64,000 bases of DNA from Candidatus Multivoradales bacterium (lineage in GTDB: Bacteria > Acidobacteriota > Thermoanaerobaculia > Multivoradales > Multivoraceae), in the NCBI GenBank assembly GCA_965223325.1, contig CBDCWI010000001.1:1760001-1824000 (forward strand), written 5' to 3'. Position numbers and translations under genes: made by a program. Positions 19,754 through 29,595 of the stretch are shown here, piece after piece (the stretch's first letter is position 1; each line of letters starts with the position of its first letter). The notes under the pieces were generated by a model. It was not told the DNA's origin. It saw nothing but the letters and a program-made list of their open reading frames with translations, and ran no database searches.

Positions 19754-20674
19754 TCAGGCGGCCTTTGAGAGCTTCCACTCTGAACGGATCTGAGCGGGCG
19801 TCAGGTAGCCGTGCTTCTCGACCAGCCAGTTCTGGTTGTACTTCGCCTTGAAGTCGAGCAACGCGAGACGCAGGTCTTCGACGGTGTCGAATCTCTTCAC
19901 CCAGAGCAGCTGCTCCTTCAGGGTTCGGATGAAGCGCTCGGCGACACCGTTGCCTTCCGGAGCCCGCACGAAGCTCGGCGACGAGCAGATGCCCAGAAAG
20001 TCGATCTCCTGCTGGAAGTCTCGGCTGGCGTACGCGCTGCCCCAGTCGTGGCGCAGGCCCAGGCCCAGCGCGACGCCCTGATCGGGCTCGCCGAAGTGCT
20101 CACGAACGCCCTGGCGCACAGGCTCGAGAGCCTCGAAGCGATTCCCCGACCTCGAGGCGTGGATCCCGATGCACTCGCTGGTGCAGTGATCCACGGCGAC
20201 GAAGATCCAGGCCAGGCCTTCCTCTCTCGTCCAGGTCATCGTTGCGTCGGTGCCCCACATCAGATCGGGCTCTGGCATCGTGATCGTCCCGTCGTGGACC
20301 CGAGGGCCACGCTCGCGACCCACGCGAGTAGGTGCAAGAAGCGAGTTCTCGCGCATCAGGCGTAGCACTCGCTCTCGACCCACGTGGACGTCGCGTGCCC
20401 TCAGGCGAGCCCTCACCTTGCGATGCCCTTCGCCACGCAAGCCGGTCTCCTGCTCGAGCTCGCGCACGACCTCTTGGATCATGGCCACCAGCTCCTGATC
20501 CGAGACCGCCGTCTTCGGGCCGGTCTTGCGCTTCTCGATCCCGCAAGACTCGCGGCGCTTGCGCGCGGCGTAGAAGCCAGACCGGGCAACCTCCCAGAGA
20601 CGACAGACCCGTGATATGCCGTAGCGGATTCCTGTGGAGGGAGAGGGTGCGGCACTCACTTCCTCGACCTCCAT
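19754..20674 (-). CDS. IS3 OrfB, DDE (rve) transposase
   Basis: WGTDAT, VDHCTSE, LRHDWGSAY, EGNGVAERFIRTLKE. Confidence 0.92.
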   Translation of the reverse strand: MEVEEVSAAPSPSTGIRYGISRVCRLWEVARSGFYAARKRRESCGIEKRKTGPKTAVSDQELVAMIQEVVRELEQETGLRGEGHRKVRARLRARDVHVGRERVLRLMRENSLLAPTRVGRERGPRVHDGTITMPEPDLMWGTDATMTWTREEGLAWIFVAVDHCTSECIGIHASRSGNRFEALEPVRQGVREHFGEPDQGVALGLGLRHDWGSAYASRDFQQEIDFLGICSSPSFVRAPEGNGVAERFIRTLKEQLLWVKRFDTVEDLRLALLDFKAKYNQNWLVEKHGYLTPAQIRSEWKLSKAA

Positions 20675-21003
20675 CCAAGAAAAGGCTTCTCGCCCTCCAA
20701 GCGATGGATCTTCTCGAACAGAAGCTCCTGATCCATCGTCAGTTCACCGATCTTCGCCTGCAGCCGCCGCTTGTCCTCGACAAGAGACTCGACCACCGGA
20801 TCCTCGGTACGGGCTTTCAAGCCCTCCTCACCTGCGCTCAGGAAGGACTCGCGCCACTCGCTCAGACGAGCCACCGTCAGGCCGGTCTCGCGCGACACCT
20901 CGTCAAGCGACTCGCCGCGAAGAAGACGCAGGACCACAGAGGCCTTGCGCTTTGCGGACCAACGGCCCTTCGTCTTCGGAGCTCTTCGTTTCGTCTTCGA
21001 CAT
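20656..21003 (-). CDS. IS3 OrfA (HTH + coiled coil)
   Basis: RWSAKRKASVVLRLLRGES..., KIGELTMDQELL; overlaps orfB in the -1 frame. Confidence 0.9.
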   Translation of the reverse strand: MSKTKRRAPKTKGRWSAKRKASVVLRLLRGESLDEVSRETGLTVARLSEWRESFLSAGEEGLKARTEDPVVESLVEDKRRLQAKIGELTMDQELLFEKIHRLEGEKPFLGWRSRK

Positions 21004-21063
21004 TCGACACCTCCAACCCGAACTTAGCTCGGGTCATGTGTCCAACGAAAACCCAGGCCGACA

Positions 21064-22146
21064 GAGAAGGGAGGAGGCGGGCCTTACGAAGAGGCCTGAT
21101 GCTGGCGAAAGAAGCGCACTGTCGGCAAAGAAGTTCTCGCCAGCCAACCCTCGGCGAGCGGTGATCTTACCCTTGAAGGAGCGAACCACATCCCTCGCTG
21201 CCTCGGGCGAGAAACCTCGCTGTTCAAGAAGTCGACGAGCACCCTTGTTGTTGATCTTCGCAGGGGCCTGGCTAAGACCCCGGCCAAGATTCGACGCCTC
21301 TCGAGCGCGGCGACTCTGAGCAATGTTCTGAGTCACCCGCTGACGAATCTCGCTCCGCGCTCGTGGTAAGGCCCTGACACCTGCCTGCAGCAAGGCCGGA
21401 GGAGGCGATGGCGCCGCCTCATTGGCAGCCCGCACCGCACTACGAGCTCTGCTCGTCCGATTCAAAGACTTGACCGCATCTGCAGCACTGCCGACGGACC
21501 TCCTCGCAGCGCTACTGGCTGTTCCAGCGCCCTTGCTCAGCAAAACCTCCGCAAGAATCTCGGTCTTGAACGCCTGGACCTTGGCAATGGTCTCTGGGTC
21601 GCCCGAGGCAAGTTTCCCGGACGTGCTGGCCACTGCCTTGACCGCGGCGGAAGCCGCCTCGCTTGGATGCTCGACGACGTAGCTGACTCCAGCCTTCACG
21701 CTCTCGATCGTCGACTCAATCGATTCCTCGAGCTCGAGTGCCGCTTCCTGAGCGATCGGGTTGTCGGAGCCCAGGGCAGTGGCGGCACCAACGTTCGCCG
21801 AGAAGTTCAGGAAGCCGACACCCCGATCGACGAGCCCAAGTGCCCCCGCAGCTGAGCCCTTGATCTTCGCTTCTGCCCTGCCTGCGAGGTTCCCCAGCAC
21901 GGTATCTTCGCCGAACACCGCGTCACTGATGCTGGCAGCCCCAGCAATGATCTCGGCCTTCTTGGCTCGGATCCTTTCCTGCAGTGCACGCAGCTCAGCG
22001 ATGCGCCCATCCGGGTCGACCCAGACGGTCGGATTCACCTTGCCGTAGGTGTACCAATGCAGCGACGGCGGGTCACTCAGATCCCCGAAGACGGGATCCT
22101 CGGTGAGGAAGCGACCTAGTTGTGGGTCATAGAAGCGGGCTTCTGA
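21064..22146 (-). pseudogene. Orphan Rhs module: Rhs-core tail + toxin C-terminus, cut by IS3 copy 1
   Basis: Reading upstream of the given ORF gives ARFYDPQLGRFLTEDPVFGDLSDPPSLHWYTYGKVNPTVWVDPDGR (Rhs core with DPDG cleavage motif), then an Ala-rich linker and a tip that runs into the IS end. Confidence 0.85.
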
Positions 22147-22302
22147 ATGTCCCTACCGCGATCTCACCCTAAGTCGCTGATTCCATTGAGCTTGCTCGGA
22201 CCCGAGGGTTGGTATGCCCCCATCGTGCTCTTTCGGGATCGCGAGGCCGCCGAACCCCTCGGGAAAATCCCTCCGACCGCGCGCGATAAAGCCGCGCGAG
22301 GT

Positions 22303-22797
22303 CTAGGAGTGAATACCGGTCCAGTCGTACCAATCCGCTCTACACATCTCTGGTCGGATGATCTCGGTGGTGGCAACGTCCACTTCGATCAGCGCGTCGC
22401 CGATCAGCTCCCTTGCCTTGCCAGCCAGACTGCCTACCCCCAGAGGATCCTCTGGCGCTGCCACGAGAACGTAGGCGTGAAGCGAACGCTGATAGTCATA
22501 CGAGTGAAAGCCACGGCGAGCGAAGTCTTCAGATGCGGCAAAGAAGCGATCTCGTTTTTCTTCGGTATCGGCCCAATCAAGAACTCGTTCGACCTCCGTT
22601 CCTCTTCTGAAACCACATCGAGTAGCGAGCTCCTCAACCAAGTCCATCAGACACTCATTCTCTTCACGGGAAACACGCCATTTCTCAAGAATCGGCCCCT
22701 GTCCGGCTGTCGAGAAATGAAGGAGGTTTCCATTCATGTCCAAGGCGAACCACTCAAGATCGGTCGTTTCCAGATCGATGTCTCTGTAGGTTGTCAT
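22303..22797 (-). CDS. Putative immunity protein for the deaminase-like toxin tip
   Basis: ATG 22797 with GAGG upstream; starts 13 bp after the toxin stop; LEWFALDMNGNLLHFSTAGQG. Confidence 0.55.
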   Translation of the reverse strand: MTTYRDIDLETTDLEWFALDMNGNLLHFSTAGQGPILEKWRVSREENECLMDLVEELATRCGFRRGTEVERVLDWADTEEKRDRFFAASEDFARRGFHSYDYQRSLHAYVLVAAPEDPLGVGSLAGKARELIGDALIEVDVATTEIIRPEMCRADWYDWTGIHS

Positions 22798-22810
22798 TCG
22801 ATTATCGGCC

Positions 22811-23103
22811 TCAGTCGAAGGGTGTACCTGGCGCGAACTGGCCCCTATCGAAGATCGTGCTGCAGTTCTTGCACACTGGCACAGGCTGGCCTCGAGAAGG
22901 GCGGATCGGCTGGGAAAAGCGAATCTCCTCCAGCCGGAGACTCGGGTTAGCATGGAGCAGCTGGTTGGCGGCGTCAATCTCAGCACATGCGCCAGGGGAG
23001 TTCTTGCACAGTCCCGGCGGAAGATCTTCGACGAGCGGCCTCAGTCGTGGATCCAGCTTGCCTATTTGCGGAGGCTGGGCACGTCCTACTACTGCCCGCC
23101 CTC
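22811..23103 (-). pseudogene. C-terminal Zn-dependent deaminase toxin domain (YwqJ-like), N-terminus removed by IS3 copy 2
   Basis: PGACAEIDAANQLL...PVPVCKNC: CxE plus CxxC deaminase signature; the frame runs into the IS end at 23104. Confidence 0.65.
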
Positions 23104-23163
23104 TGTCGGCCTGGGTTTTCGTTGGACACATGACCCGAGCTAAGTTCGGGTTGGAGGTGTCGA

Positions 23164-23511
23164 ATGTCGAAGACGAAACGAAGAGCTCCGAAGACGAAGG
23201 GCCGTTGGTCCGCAAAGCGCAAGGCCTCTGTGGTCCTGCGTCTTCTTCGCGGCGAGTCGCTTGACGAGGTGTCGCGCGAGACCGGCCTGACGGTGGCTCG
23301 TCTGAGCGAGTGGCGCGAGTCCTTCCTGAGCGCAGGTGAGGAGGGCTTGAAAGCCCGTACCGAGGATCCGGTGGTCGAGTCTCTTGTCGAGGACAAGCGG
23401 CGGCTGCAGGCGAAGATCGGTGAACTGACGATGGATCAGGAGCTTCTGTTCGAGAAGATCCATCGCTTGGAGGGCGAGAAGCCTTTTCTTGGATGGAGGT
23501 CGAGGAAGTGA
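23164..23511 (+). CDS. IS3 OrfA
   Basis: Translation identical to 20656-21003. Confidence 0.9.
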   Translation: MSKTKRRAPKTKGRWSAKRKASVVLRLLRGESLDEVSRETGLTVARLSEWRESFLSAGEEGLKARTEDPVVESLVEDKRRLQAKIGELTMDQELLFEKIHRLEGEKPFLGWRSRK

Positions 23512-24413
23512 GTGCCGCACCCTCTCCCTCCACAGGAATCCGCTACGGCATATCACGGGTCTGTCGTCTCTGGGAGGTTGCCCGGTCTGGCTTCTACGCC
23601 GCGCGCAAGCGCCGCGAGTCTTGCGGGATCGAGAAGCGCAAGACCGGCCCGAAGACGGCGGTCTCGGATCAGGAGCTGGTGGCCATGATCCAAGAGGTCG
23701 TGCGCGAGCTCGAGCAGGAGACCGGCTTGCGTGGCGAAGGGCATCGCAAGGTGAGGGCTCGCCTGAGGGCACGCGACGTCCACGTGGGTCGAGAGCGAGT
23801 GCTACGCCTGATGCGCGAGAACTCGCTTCTTGCACCTACTCGCGTGGGTCGCGAGCGTGGCCCTCGGGTCCACGACGGGACGATCACGATGCCAGAGCCC
23901 GATCTGATGTGGGGCACCGACGCAACGATGACCTGGACGAGAGAGGAAGGCCTGGCCTGGATCTTCGTCGCCGTGGATCACTGCACCAGCGAGTGCATCG
24001 GGATCCACGCCTCGAGGTCGGGGAATCGCTTCGAGGCTCTCGAGCCTGTGCGCCAGGGCGTTCGTGAGCACTTCGGCGAGCCCGATCAGGGCGTCGCGCT
24101 GGGCCTGGGCCTGCGCCACGACTGGGGCAGCGCGTACGCCAGCCGAGACTTCCAGCAGGAGATCGACTTTCTGGGCATCTGCTCGTCGCCGAGCTTCGTG
24201 CGGGCTCCGGAAGGCAACGGTGTCGCCGAGCGCTTCATCCGAACCCTGAAGGAGCAGCTGCTCTGGGTGAAGAGATTCGACACCGTCGAAGACCTGCGTC
24301 TCGCGTTGCTCGACTTCAAGGCGAAGTACAACCAGAACTGGCTGGTCGAGAAGCACGGCTACCTGACGCCCGCTCAGATCCGTTCAGAGTGGAAGCTCTC
24401 AAAGGCCGCCTGA
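23493..24413 (+). CDS. IS3 OrfB, DDE transposase
   Basis: Translation identical to 19754-20674. Confidence 0.92.
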   Translation: MEVEEVSAAPSPSTGIRYGISRVCRLWEVARSGFYAARKRRESCGIEKRKTGPKTAVSDQELVAMIQEVVRELEQETGLRGEGHRKVRARLRARDVHVGRERVLRLMRENSLLAPTRVGRERGPRVHDGTITMPEPDLMWGTDATMTWTREEGLAWIFVAVDHCTSECIGIHASRSGNRFEALEPVRQGVREHFGEPDQGVALGLGLRHDWGSAYASRDFQQEIDFLGICSSPSFVRAPEGNGVAERFIRTLKEQLLWVKRFDTVEDLRLALLDFKAKYNQNWLVEKHGYLTPAQIRSEWKLSKAA

Positions 24414-24555
24414 GGAGCGCCACGATGGCGGTACCTGCACCATGCAACACCCGCGAGAAGCCCAACACAGGGCAACCTCGCGATCCGATTCCCAAGGCGA
24501 CGAGGCAGAATCGCCGTCATCACAAACAACTGTCCACTAAACCAAGACCGCTACA

Positions 24556-27500
24556 CCCAGACCCATCGGCGACTGGCGTGCTGGGAACGCTAGCGTCCCT
24601 ATCCTCGAAAGTGTTTCGATGCCGGTTTCGACGGTGCAGCCGTATTCCTTCATCTACTACGGCGCGCCTGGCGGTCCAACCGCCGACAATCTGAACACGG
24701 GCAAGCTGGAATCGCTGACGCTGCCCACTCTTGGAAAACTTAGGTACACGTGGCGTGGCTGGAAGATCCCAACCATGGTCGACTGTGAGCAAACCGGCGA
24801 GTCGAACCCTGAGAGATTTCACGCACCCCAGACAACACCTGGTATCGGCACAAGGCAGAAGACCACCAACTCCAACACTGTTCTAGGGGTGTGGACCTAC
24901 GACAACGACTGGGGTGGCAGTGTAGCGGTGGCCTGTGCGGGGGGAAGCGCCAGCGACCAGACGAAGCACCAGTACACGGTAACTACGGTGACAACGCCGC
25001 TTCTCGACCAGGAGAAGCACTATTTTGCGGCGTGGATGGGTGTTTCCGGCCAATCCCCCCTTGGGCACCGGAGCGAAGAACAAGGGCTGCCGTTTTCGAG
25101 GCACGCATCCACCGTTGATGGCGGAGTGACCCGATACCTCTCCCGGGAGATTCTCGATTGCACATCTTCTGGCACCTGTGGCACTCCTGTTCGAAAGATC
25201 TATTCGGGATGGGAGTTCAACAACGATTCGTGTGAGGTGAAGAGCGCTTGCGGGAATCGCCGAGAATGGACCTCGTTGACCAAGTACCTTGACGATGGAA
25301 GCAAGTTGACCTACGTCGAAAGAGACTGCTTTGACGGAATGGGTCACTACCGCAAGGAGACCTCAGGCGGGACAATTGCTGGGGGCGGAGACAAGGTCGT
25401 TCGTACCGAGTACAATCCCGGCCGAGGGATTCTTGCGGTTGACGATGATGGAAACCAGGTGCCCGCGGGCAGCGCCTGCTTCCCACTCACGGATTTCACA
25501 CCTTGGCCGGTCGGCGATCAATGGGTGCTTGGGACCTACCAGTTCCAAACGGTTTCTGAACCTTCTGCCGGTGACGGCCGGACAGACTTCGGATTCGACT
25601 TGAACACGGGTTTCCTTTCGACCAAGCGCATACGCCTCGTCCCGGGGACGACTGGTTCAGATGATGTAGTGACTACGTGGACTCGCACCGATCTTGGTGG
25701 GGGCGAAGTCCGAATCATCGAGAAACACTTTGGCGGCGATGTTCACGACGCGTCCTCTTCAACCTATGCGTTCAAGCGGGACAGTCGCTACCACTACGGC
25801 ACGCTGAAGCGCTCAGGCTTCGATGGGTTCCCGACCGATCTGAACGGCCTGATTGACAAGAACACCGGCCTGTTCTCCCGCACGGTAGACGGAACGGGCC
25901 TGAAGATCGACTACTCGTACGACAAGATGGGGCGGATTACGAGAATCAAGAACGAGCAAGGCACCTGGGTCCAGTACCAGTACACCGCTCCCTCAGGAAA
26001 CAGCGGTGGGCGCGTGACCACCTACTATAGGGAGAACGGGCAAACCAGCGGATCGGATCTAGCGCGCGAGCAGGTTCGGTTCGATGGCCTGGGCCGCGTC
26101 GTTAGAGAGCGCCGCCTCATGCCGGGTGCTATCTGGAGCGATCGCTTCACGACCTACGACGAGGCTGGGAACAAGAAGTACTTCTCGGAATGGGGCGATG
26201 CCAACAAACGAACGCAGTTCAAGCAGTACGACGCGTTCGGCCGAGCGAGTCGGATCGTTCCCCCTGAGGGAGCGAGCTATGAACGGTTCCTGGCCTACAC
26301 GGGCGTGCGGCTCGTCGAAGAGACGAGCAAGGTTGGAATCGGTGGAAGCGGCGGGACCGTCACTTTGGCCGACGTGACGAAGAAGCTCCACTACGATCGC
26401 CATGGTCGACTCCGATTGGTTGAAGAAGACTCCGCAGGTTCTGGCACCAAGGTCGACACGACCTACTCTTACGACTTCGCGGATCGCCTCACGTCGGCCA
26501 GCACCAGCCACAATGGGACGACACAGACGCGCTCGTTCGCCTATGACCCTCGCGGCTTCCTAACGAGTGAGAACCATCCCGAACGATCAACTGCAGCCAC
26601 CTACTCCCTCTATGACTCCCTAGGCAACGTGGGGTACAAGACGGATGCGTGGAGGAAACTTTGCTACCGCTATGACGGTGCTGGGCGCCCAACGAAAGTA
26701 GAGCGCTTGTCGACAGGACCCTGCGATGCTCAAATGCCCGATGCGCACCCTCTAAAGGAGTGGACCTACGCCACATCGAACGGCAGTGGGGACTGGCGCA
26801 AAGGAAAAGTCACCCGCGCCACGCGGCATAACCTGATCTTCCTGTTCGAACCAACGCAACAGTTTGATGTTGCCGTTCATGAAGACTACGTCTATGGGGG
26901 TATCGACGGCCGAGTCTCTTCTAGAGTTACGGAGGTTAGAACCCACGGAATTCCCTACGACCCGAGTTCAGGATCGCTTGAGAACATCTTTTCTCAGGGA
27001 TTCACCTACAACGCACTGGGAGCGATCTCGAGTTTGTCCTACCCAAAGTGCGATGCGGGTAACTGCCTGAACTACGGCGGCGCCGACCGTACTGTGAGCC
27101 GCAACTACGACAGCGGCTTCTTGGCTTCGATTCCTGGGTACGTCAACTCGATCTCGTACCACAGCAACCAGGCGATCAATCAGATCGCCTTCGCCAGCGG
27201 CGTCGGCGAGACCCACGATCTTGATCCGTACAACCGCCAGCGAACCCGCCGCATCCAAACAACCGGGGTGGTGGGAAGCAACAATTGGGACACCGGGACC
27301 TACTCGTATGACGGGGTCGGCAACGTGACTAGGATTGGCACCAGCTGGTACAGATACGATGAAGTCAGCCGGCTCAAAGACTCAGGCATCTACCTCGGCC
27401 TCGGCGGTGGCGGCACGTCGAGGACCCAGAGCTATTCCTACGATGCGTTTGGAAACCTCACGAACACGACGGGCAACGACGGCGTGTCGAGCCCCGTTGT

Positions 27501-28659
27501 TGCCTCGACCAATCGACTGAATGTCGCAGGCGCGGTCTTCGAAGGTGACGGCAGCCTCAAGGAGCTCGTGGGCAAGGTCATGAGGTACAACGAGTTCGGG
27601 CTCATCTACTGCTACAGCACGGTGTTTCCGAACAATCGCTGCAACCCCACAGAGGGTGACCCGCAGACGGGTGTTCATACGGCGCACATCTACACTGCAG
27701 ATGACGAGCGCATCTGGTCGTACGACCTGCTTCAGAGAGCGGAGTGGGCGATCCGAGATCTCGGCGGCCAGATTCTCCGTGAGTACACCGCCGACGGTGG
27801 CGTGTGGACGGCAGAAGACAACATCTACGGTGCCGGCCGACTTCTCGCCGCCGAAACATCGGCGGGTCGACGGTACATGCACACGGACCACCTCGGGACC
27901 GTACGTCTGATTACGGATTCAGCAAAGAACAAGGTCGCGTACCATGTCTACTACCCGTTCGGGAAAGAGGCCACTGCCTGGAACCAGGACACGTACCAGA
28001 TGAAGTTCACCGGGCATGAGAGAGACTTCCACCACTTTGGAACTCCAGGTGATGACGTGGACTACATGCATGCCAGGTACTACTACCCCGTCTACTCACG
28101 TTTCACCTCCACTGACCCCATCAACTCCGGGAAGCCCGCGTTTCCGCAAAGCTGGAACAAGTACACCTACGCCAGGGGTAACCCTCTGAAGTTCATCGAC
28201 CCGGATGGGTTGGAAGTGATCGTTCCCAAGTTGATCCAGGGCTTGGTGGATTCTGCCCTCGAGGACAGTCCACTGCTCAAGGGGCTCTTCGAGATTCTGG
28301 ACGCTGATGATCGAGTTTCACTGACTCTGGAGCTTGTGAGCGATTCATCAAAGATCGCAAGTTCGTCTACGGAAGCGAAAACCACCTTCAAGTCTCCCTT
28401 TAGGAGCCCCAACGGGGACCTGCGTCTAGTAGGTACGAGTACACTACCGAGGCTGAATTTCGAGAAGAAGTTGGCACACGAATTGACGCACACGTTCGAA
28501 GCGCTTTTTTTCGATACGACGCCGAATATGGTGCCGGGAGCAAAGAAGAACGCTGATGGATATGAGACCGGTGGACCCGACTTGGTCGAGGAAGCCGTTG
28601 GCGAGGAGCTCAAGGAATCTCGCCGTGCGAAGAAAAAGAAAAAGAGGAAGAAGGAGTGA
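24556..28659 (+). CDS. Rhs/YD-repeat protein with HExxH toxin tip, probably 5'-truncated by IS3
   Basis: Frame open back to the IS end (first ATG 24619); many YD repeats; YMHTDHLGTVRLITD, YYPFG, FTGHERD, YMHARYY, YARGNPLKFIDPDGL; tip contains LAHELTH. Confidence 0.9.
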   Translation, partial: PRPIGDWRAGNASVPILESVSMPVSTVQPYSFIYYGAPGGPTADNLNTGKLESLTLPTLGKLRYTWRGWKIPTMVDCEQTGESNPERFHAPQTTPGIGTRQKTTNSNTVLGVWTYDNDWGGSVAVACAGGSASDQTKHQYTVTTVTTPLLDQEKHYFAAWMGVSGQSPLGHRSEEQGLPFSRHASTVDGGVTRYLSREILDCTSSGTCGTPVRKIYSGWEFNNDSCEVKSACGNRREWTSLTKYLDDGSKLTYVERDCFDGMGHYRKETSGGTIAGGGDKVVRTEYNPGRGILAVDDDGNQVPAGSACFPLTDFTPWPVGDQWVLGTYQFQTVSEPSAGDGRTDFGFDLNTGFLSTKRIRLVPGTTGSDDVVTTWTRTDLGGGEVRIIEKHFGGDVHDASSSTYAFKRDSRYHYGTLKRSGFDGFPTDLNGLIDKNTGLFSRTVDGTGLKIDYSYDKMGRITRIKNEQGTWVQYQYTAPSGNSGGRVTTYYRENGQTSGSDLAREQVRFDGLGRVVRERRLMPGAIWSDRFTTYDEAGNKKYFSEWGDANKRTQFKQYDAFGRASRIVPPEGASYERFLAYTGVRLVEETSKVGIGGSGGTVTLADVTKKLHYDRHGRLRLVEEDSAGSGTKVDTTYSYDFADRLTSASTSHNGTTQTRSFAYDPRGFLTSENHPERSTAATYSLYDSLGNVGYKTDAWRKLCYRYDGAGRPTKVERLSTGPCDAQMPDAHPLKEWTYATSNGSGDWRKGKVTRATRHNLIFLFEPTQQFDVAVHEDYVYGGIDGRVSSRVTEVRTHGIPYDPSSGSLENIFSQGFTYNALGAISSLSYPKCDAGNCLNYGGADRTVSRNYDSGFLASIPGYVNSISYHSNQAINQIAFASGVGETHDLDPYNRQRTRRIQTTGVVGSNNWDTGTYSYDGVGNVTRIGTSWYRYDEVSRLKDSGIYLGLGGGGTSRTQSYSYDAFGNLTNTTGNDGVSSPVVASTNRLNVAGAVFEGDGSLKELVGKVMRYNEFGLIYCYSTVFPNNRCNPTEGDPQTGVHTAHIYTADDERIWSYDLLQRAEWAIRDLGGQILREYTADGGVWTAEDNIYGAGRLLAAETSAGRRYMHTDHLGTVRLITDSAKNKVAYHVYYPFGKEATAWNQDTYQMKFTGHERDFHHFGTPGDDVDYMHARYYYPVYSRFTSTDPINSGKPAFPQSWNKYTYARGNPLKFIDPDGLEVIVPKLIQGLVDSALEDSPLLKGLFEILDADDRVSLTLELVSDSSKIASSSTEAKTTFKSPFRSPNGDLRLVGTSTLPRLNFEKKLAHELTHTFEALFFDTTPNMVPGAKKNADGYETGGPDLVEEAVGEELKESRRAKKKKKRKKE

Positions 28660-29237
28660 TGCCAGTGGGTTCCGTGTACGCCCTCATTCTGGCCTTGAGC
28701 CTTGGGGCATGGGAATCGTCGAGCGTGATCCCAGTGCTTCAGCCATGTACGGTTCCGACGGCGGGTGACGAGGCAGAGGAGTGGCGTCGAATCCTACTGG
28801 CTCTTGGGAAAGACCAGGCCTCCGGTCCTGAGCAACCTGCGATCAGGATGTTGTTCATACCAGCAGGTCGCGGCGAGGAACTTCTTGAGGTAACGCGGCA
28901 AGAGAGCGGTTTCTCATCGGTGGTGTACAGGGTGGCGTCGAAGCCCGCCAGAGTGGAAAACCACGCACCGGTTCGAGTCTCTGAGGAATCGGTGCTTGTG
29001 GACTGGAACGCTGTGGAGCCATCGGTTCGTTTGCTCGAAAGTCACCTGCGAAGAAGTGGCTACTCACCTTCGTTCGAAATTGCCACCCATCCCAGCTGGA
29101 TGTACGTCTTCTACTGGCCAACGAGTGGCGCCCCTGTCCAATGTGGTGTTGCTACGCCGCTTGACTGGGGAGAGGGGCGAAGGCACTGGGAGCTACGTGA
29201 GTTGTGGGAGGGGCTGGTTTCCGCGATTCGAGGGTGA
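28656..29237 (+). CDS. Putative exported immunity protein
   Basis: GTGA overlap with the Rhs stop; hydrophobic signal-like N-terminus. Confidence 0.55.
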   Translation: MMPVGSVYALILALSLGAWESSSVIPVLQPCTVPTAGDEAEEWRRILLALGKDQASGPEQPAIRMLFIPAGRGEELLEVTRQESGFSSVVYRVASKPARVENHAPVRVSEESVLVDWNAVEPSVRLLESHLRRSGYSPSFEIATHPSWMYVFYWPTSGAPVQCGVATPLDWGEGRRHWELRELWEGLVSAIRG

Positions 29238-29253
29238 GCCTTCCAGGGCCAGC

Positions 29254-29322
29254 CCGCAGTCCGGTCAGCGACGTGTCGACCTCGATCGCCAGGCACTCGC
29301 GGGTGGCGTCGTCGACGACGTT
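29254..29322 (-). pseudogene. Small remnant of a different IS3-family (IS407-like) transposase
   Basis: Translates as NVVDDATRECLAIEVDTSLTGLR, a typical rve-core segment. Confidence 0.65.
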
Positions 29323-29330
29323 TGGGGTAC

Positions 29331-29380
29331 GTGTACCGGGTAGTTCGGGTAGAACCGCCGGGTAGTTCGGGTAGAACCGC
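29331..29380 (+). repeat. REP-like GTAG motif, copy 2, with a 22-bp tandem duplication
   Basis: GTGTAC followed by (CGGGTAGTTCGGGTAGAACCGC)x2 at 29337-29380. Confidence 0.7.
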
Positions 29381-29595
29381 GGCGCGTGGGAGTCGCTTTG
29401 GCGGTTCGTGCTCGTATCGACAGCCGCTTCGGCTAGGCAGACACAGTTTCAGTGCACTAGTTCAGGCTGAGAAGGTGCCTGACCCACGATGTAGCTGCCA
29501 CAAGGCGCACCCCACCCTGGAAGAGCCCCACCCTCTTCTTAAAATGCCCCATCTGGTGATGAGCGGCCGGACGGACCCGACCACTCGCAAGGACG

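Larger units (their letters stand above)
19612..21063 (-). mobile_element. IS3-family insertion sequence, copy 1 (1452 bp)
   Basis: TG...CA ends with imperfect IRs (TGTCGGCCTGGGTTTTCGTTGGACA / TGTAGCGGTCTTGGTTTAGTGGACA); orfA + orfB; reverse complement of 23104-24555. Confidence 0.93.
23104..24555 (+). mobile_element. IS3-family insertion sequence, copy 2 (1452 bp)
   Basis: Same ends and ORFs as copy 1, in the opposite orientation. Confidence 0.93.

Noticed and set aside
24918-24929. CAGTGTAGCGGT inside the Rhs gene, matching the IS3 right-end junction at 19609-19620
   Set aside because: Only 12 bp in an uninterrupted reading frame; likely chance.
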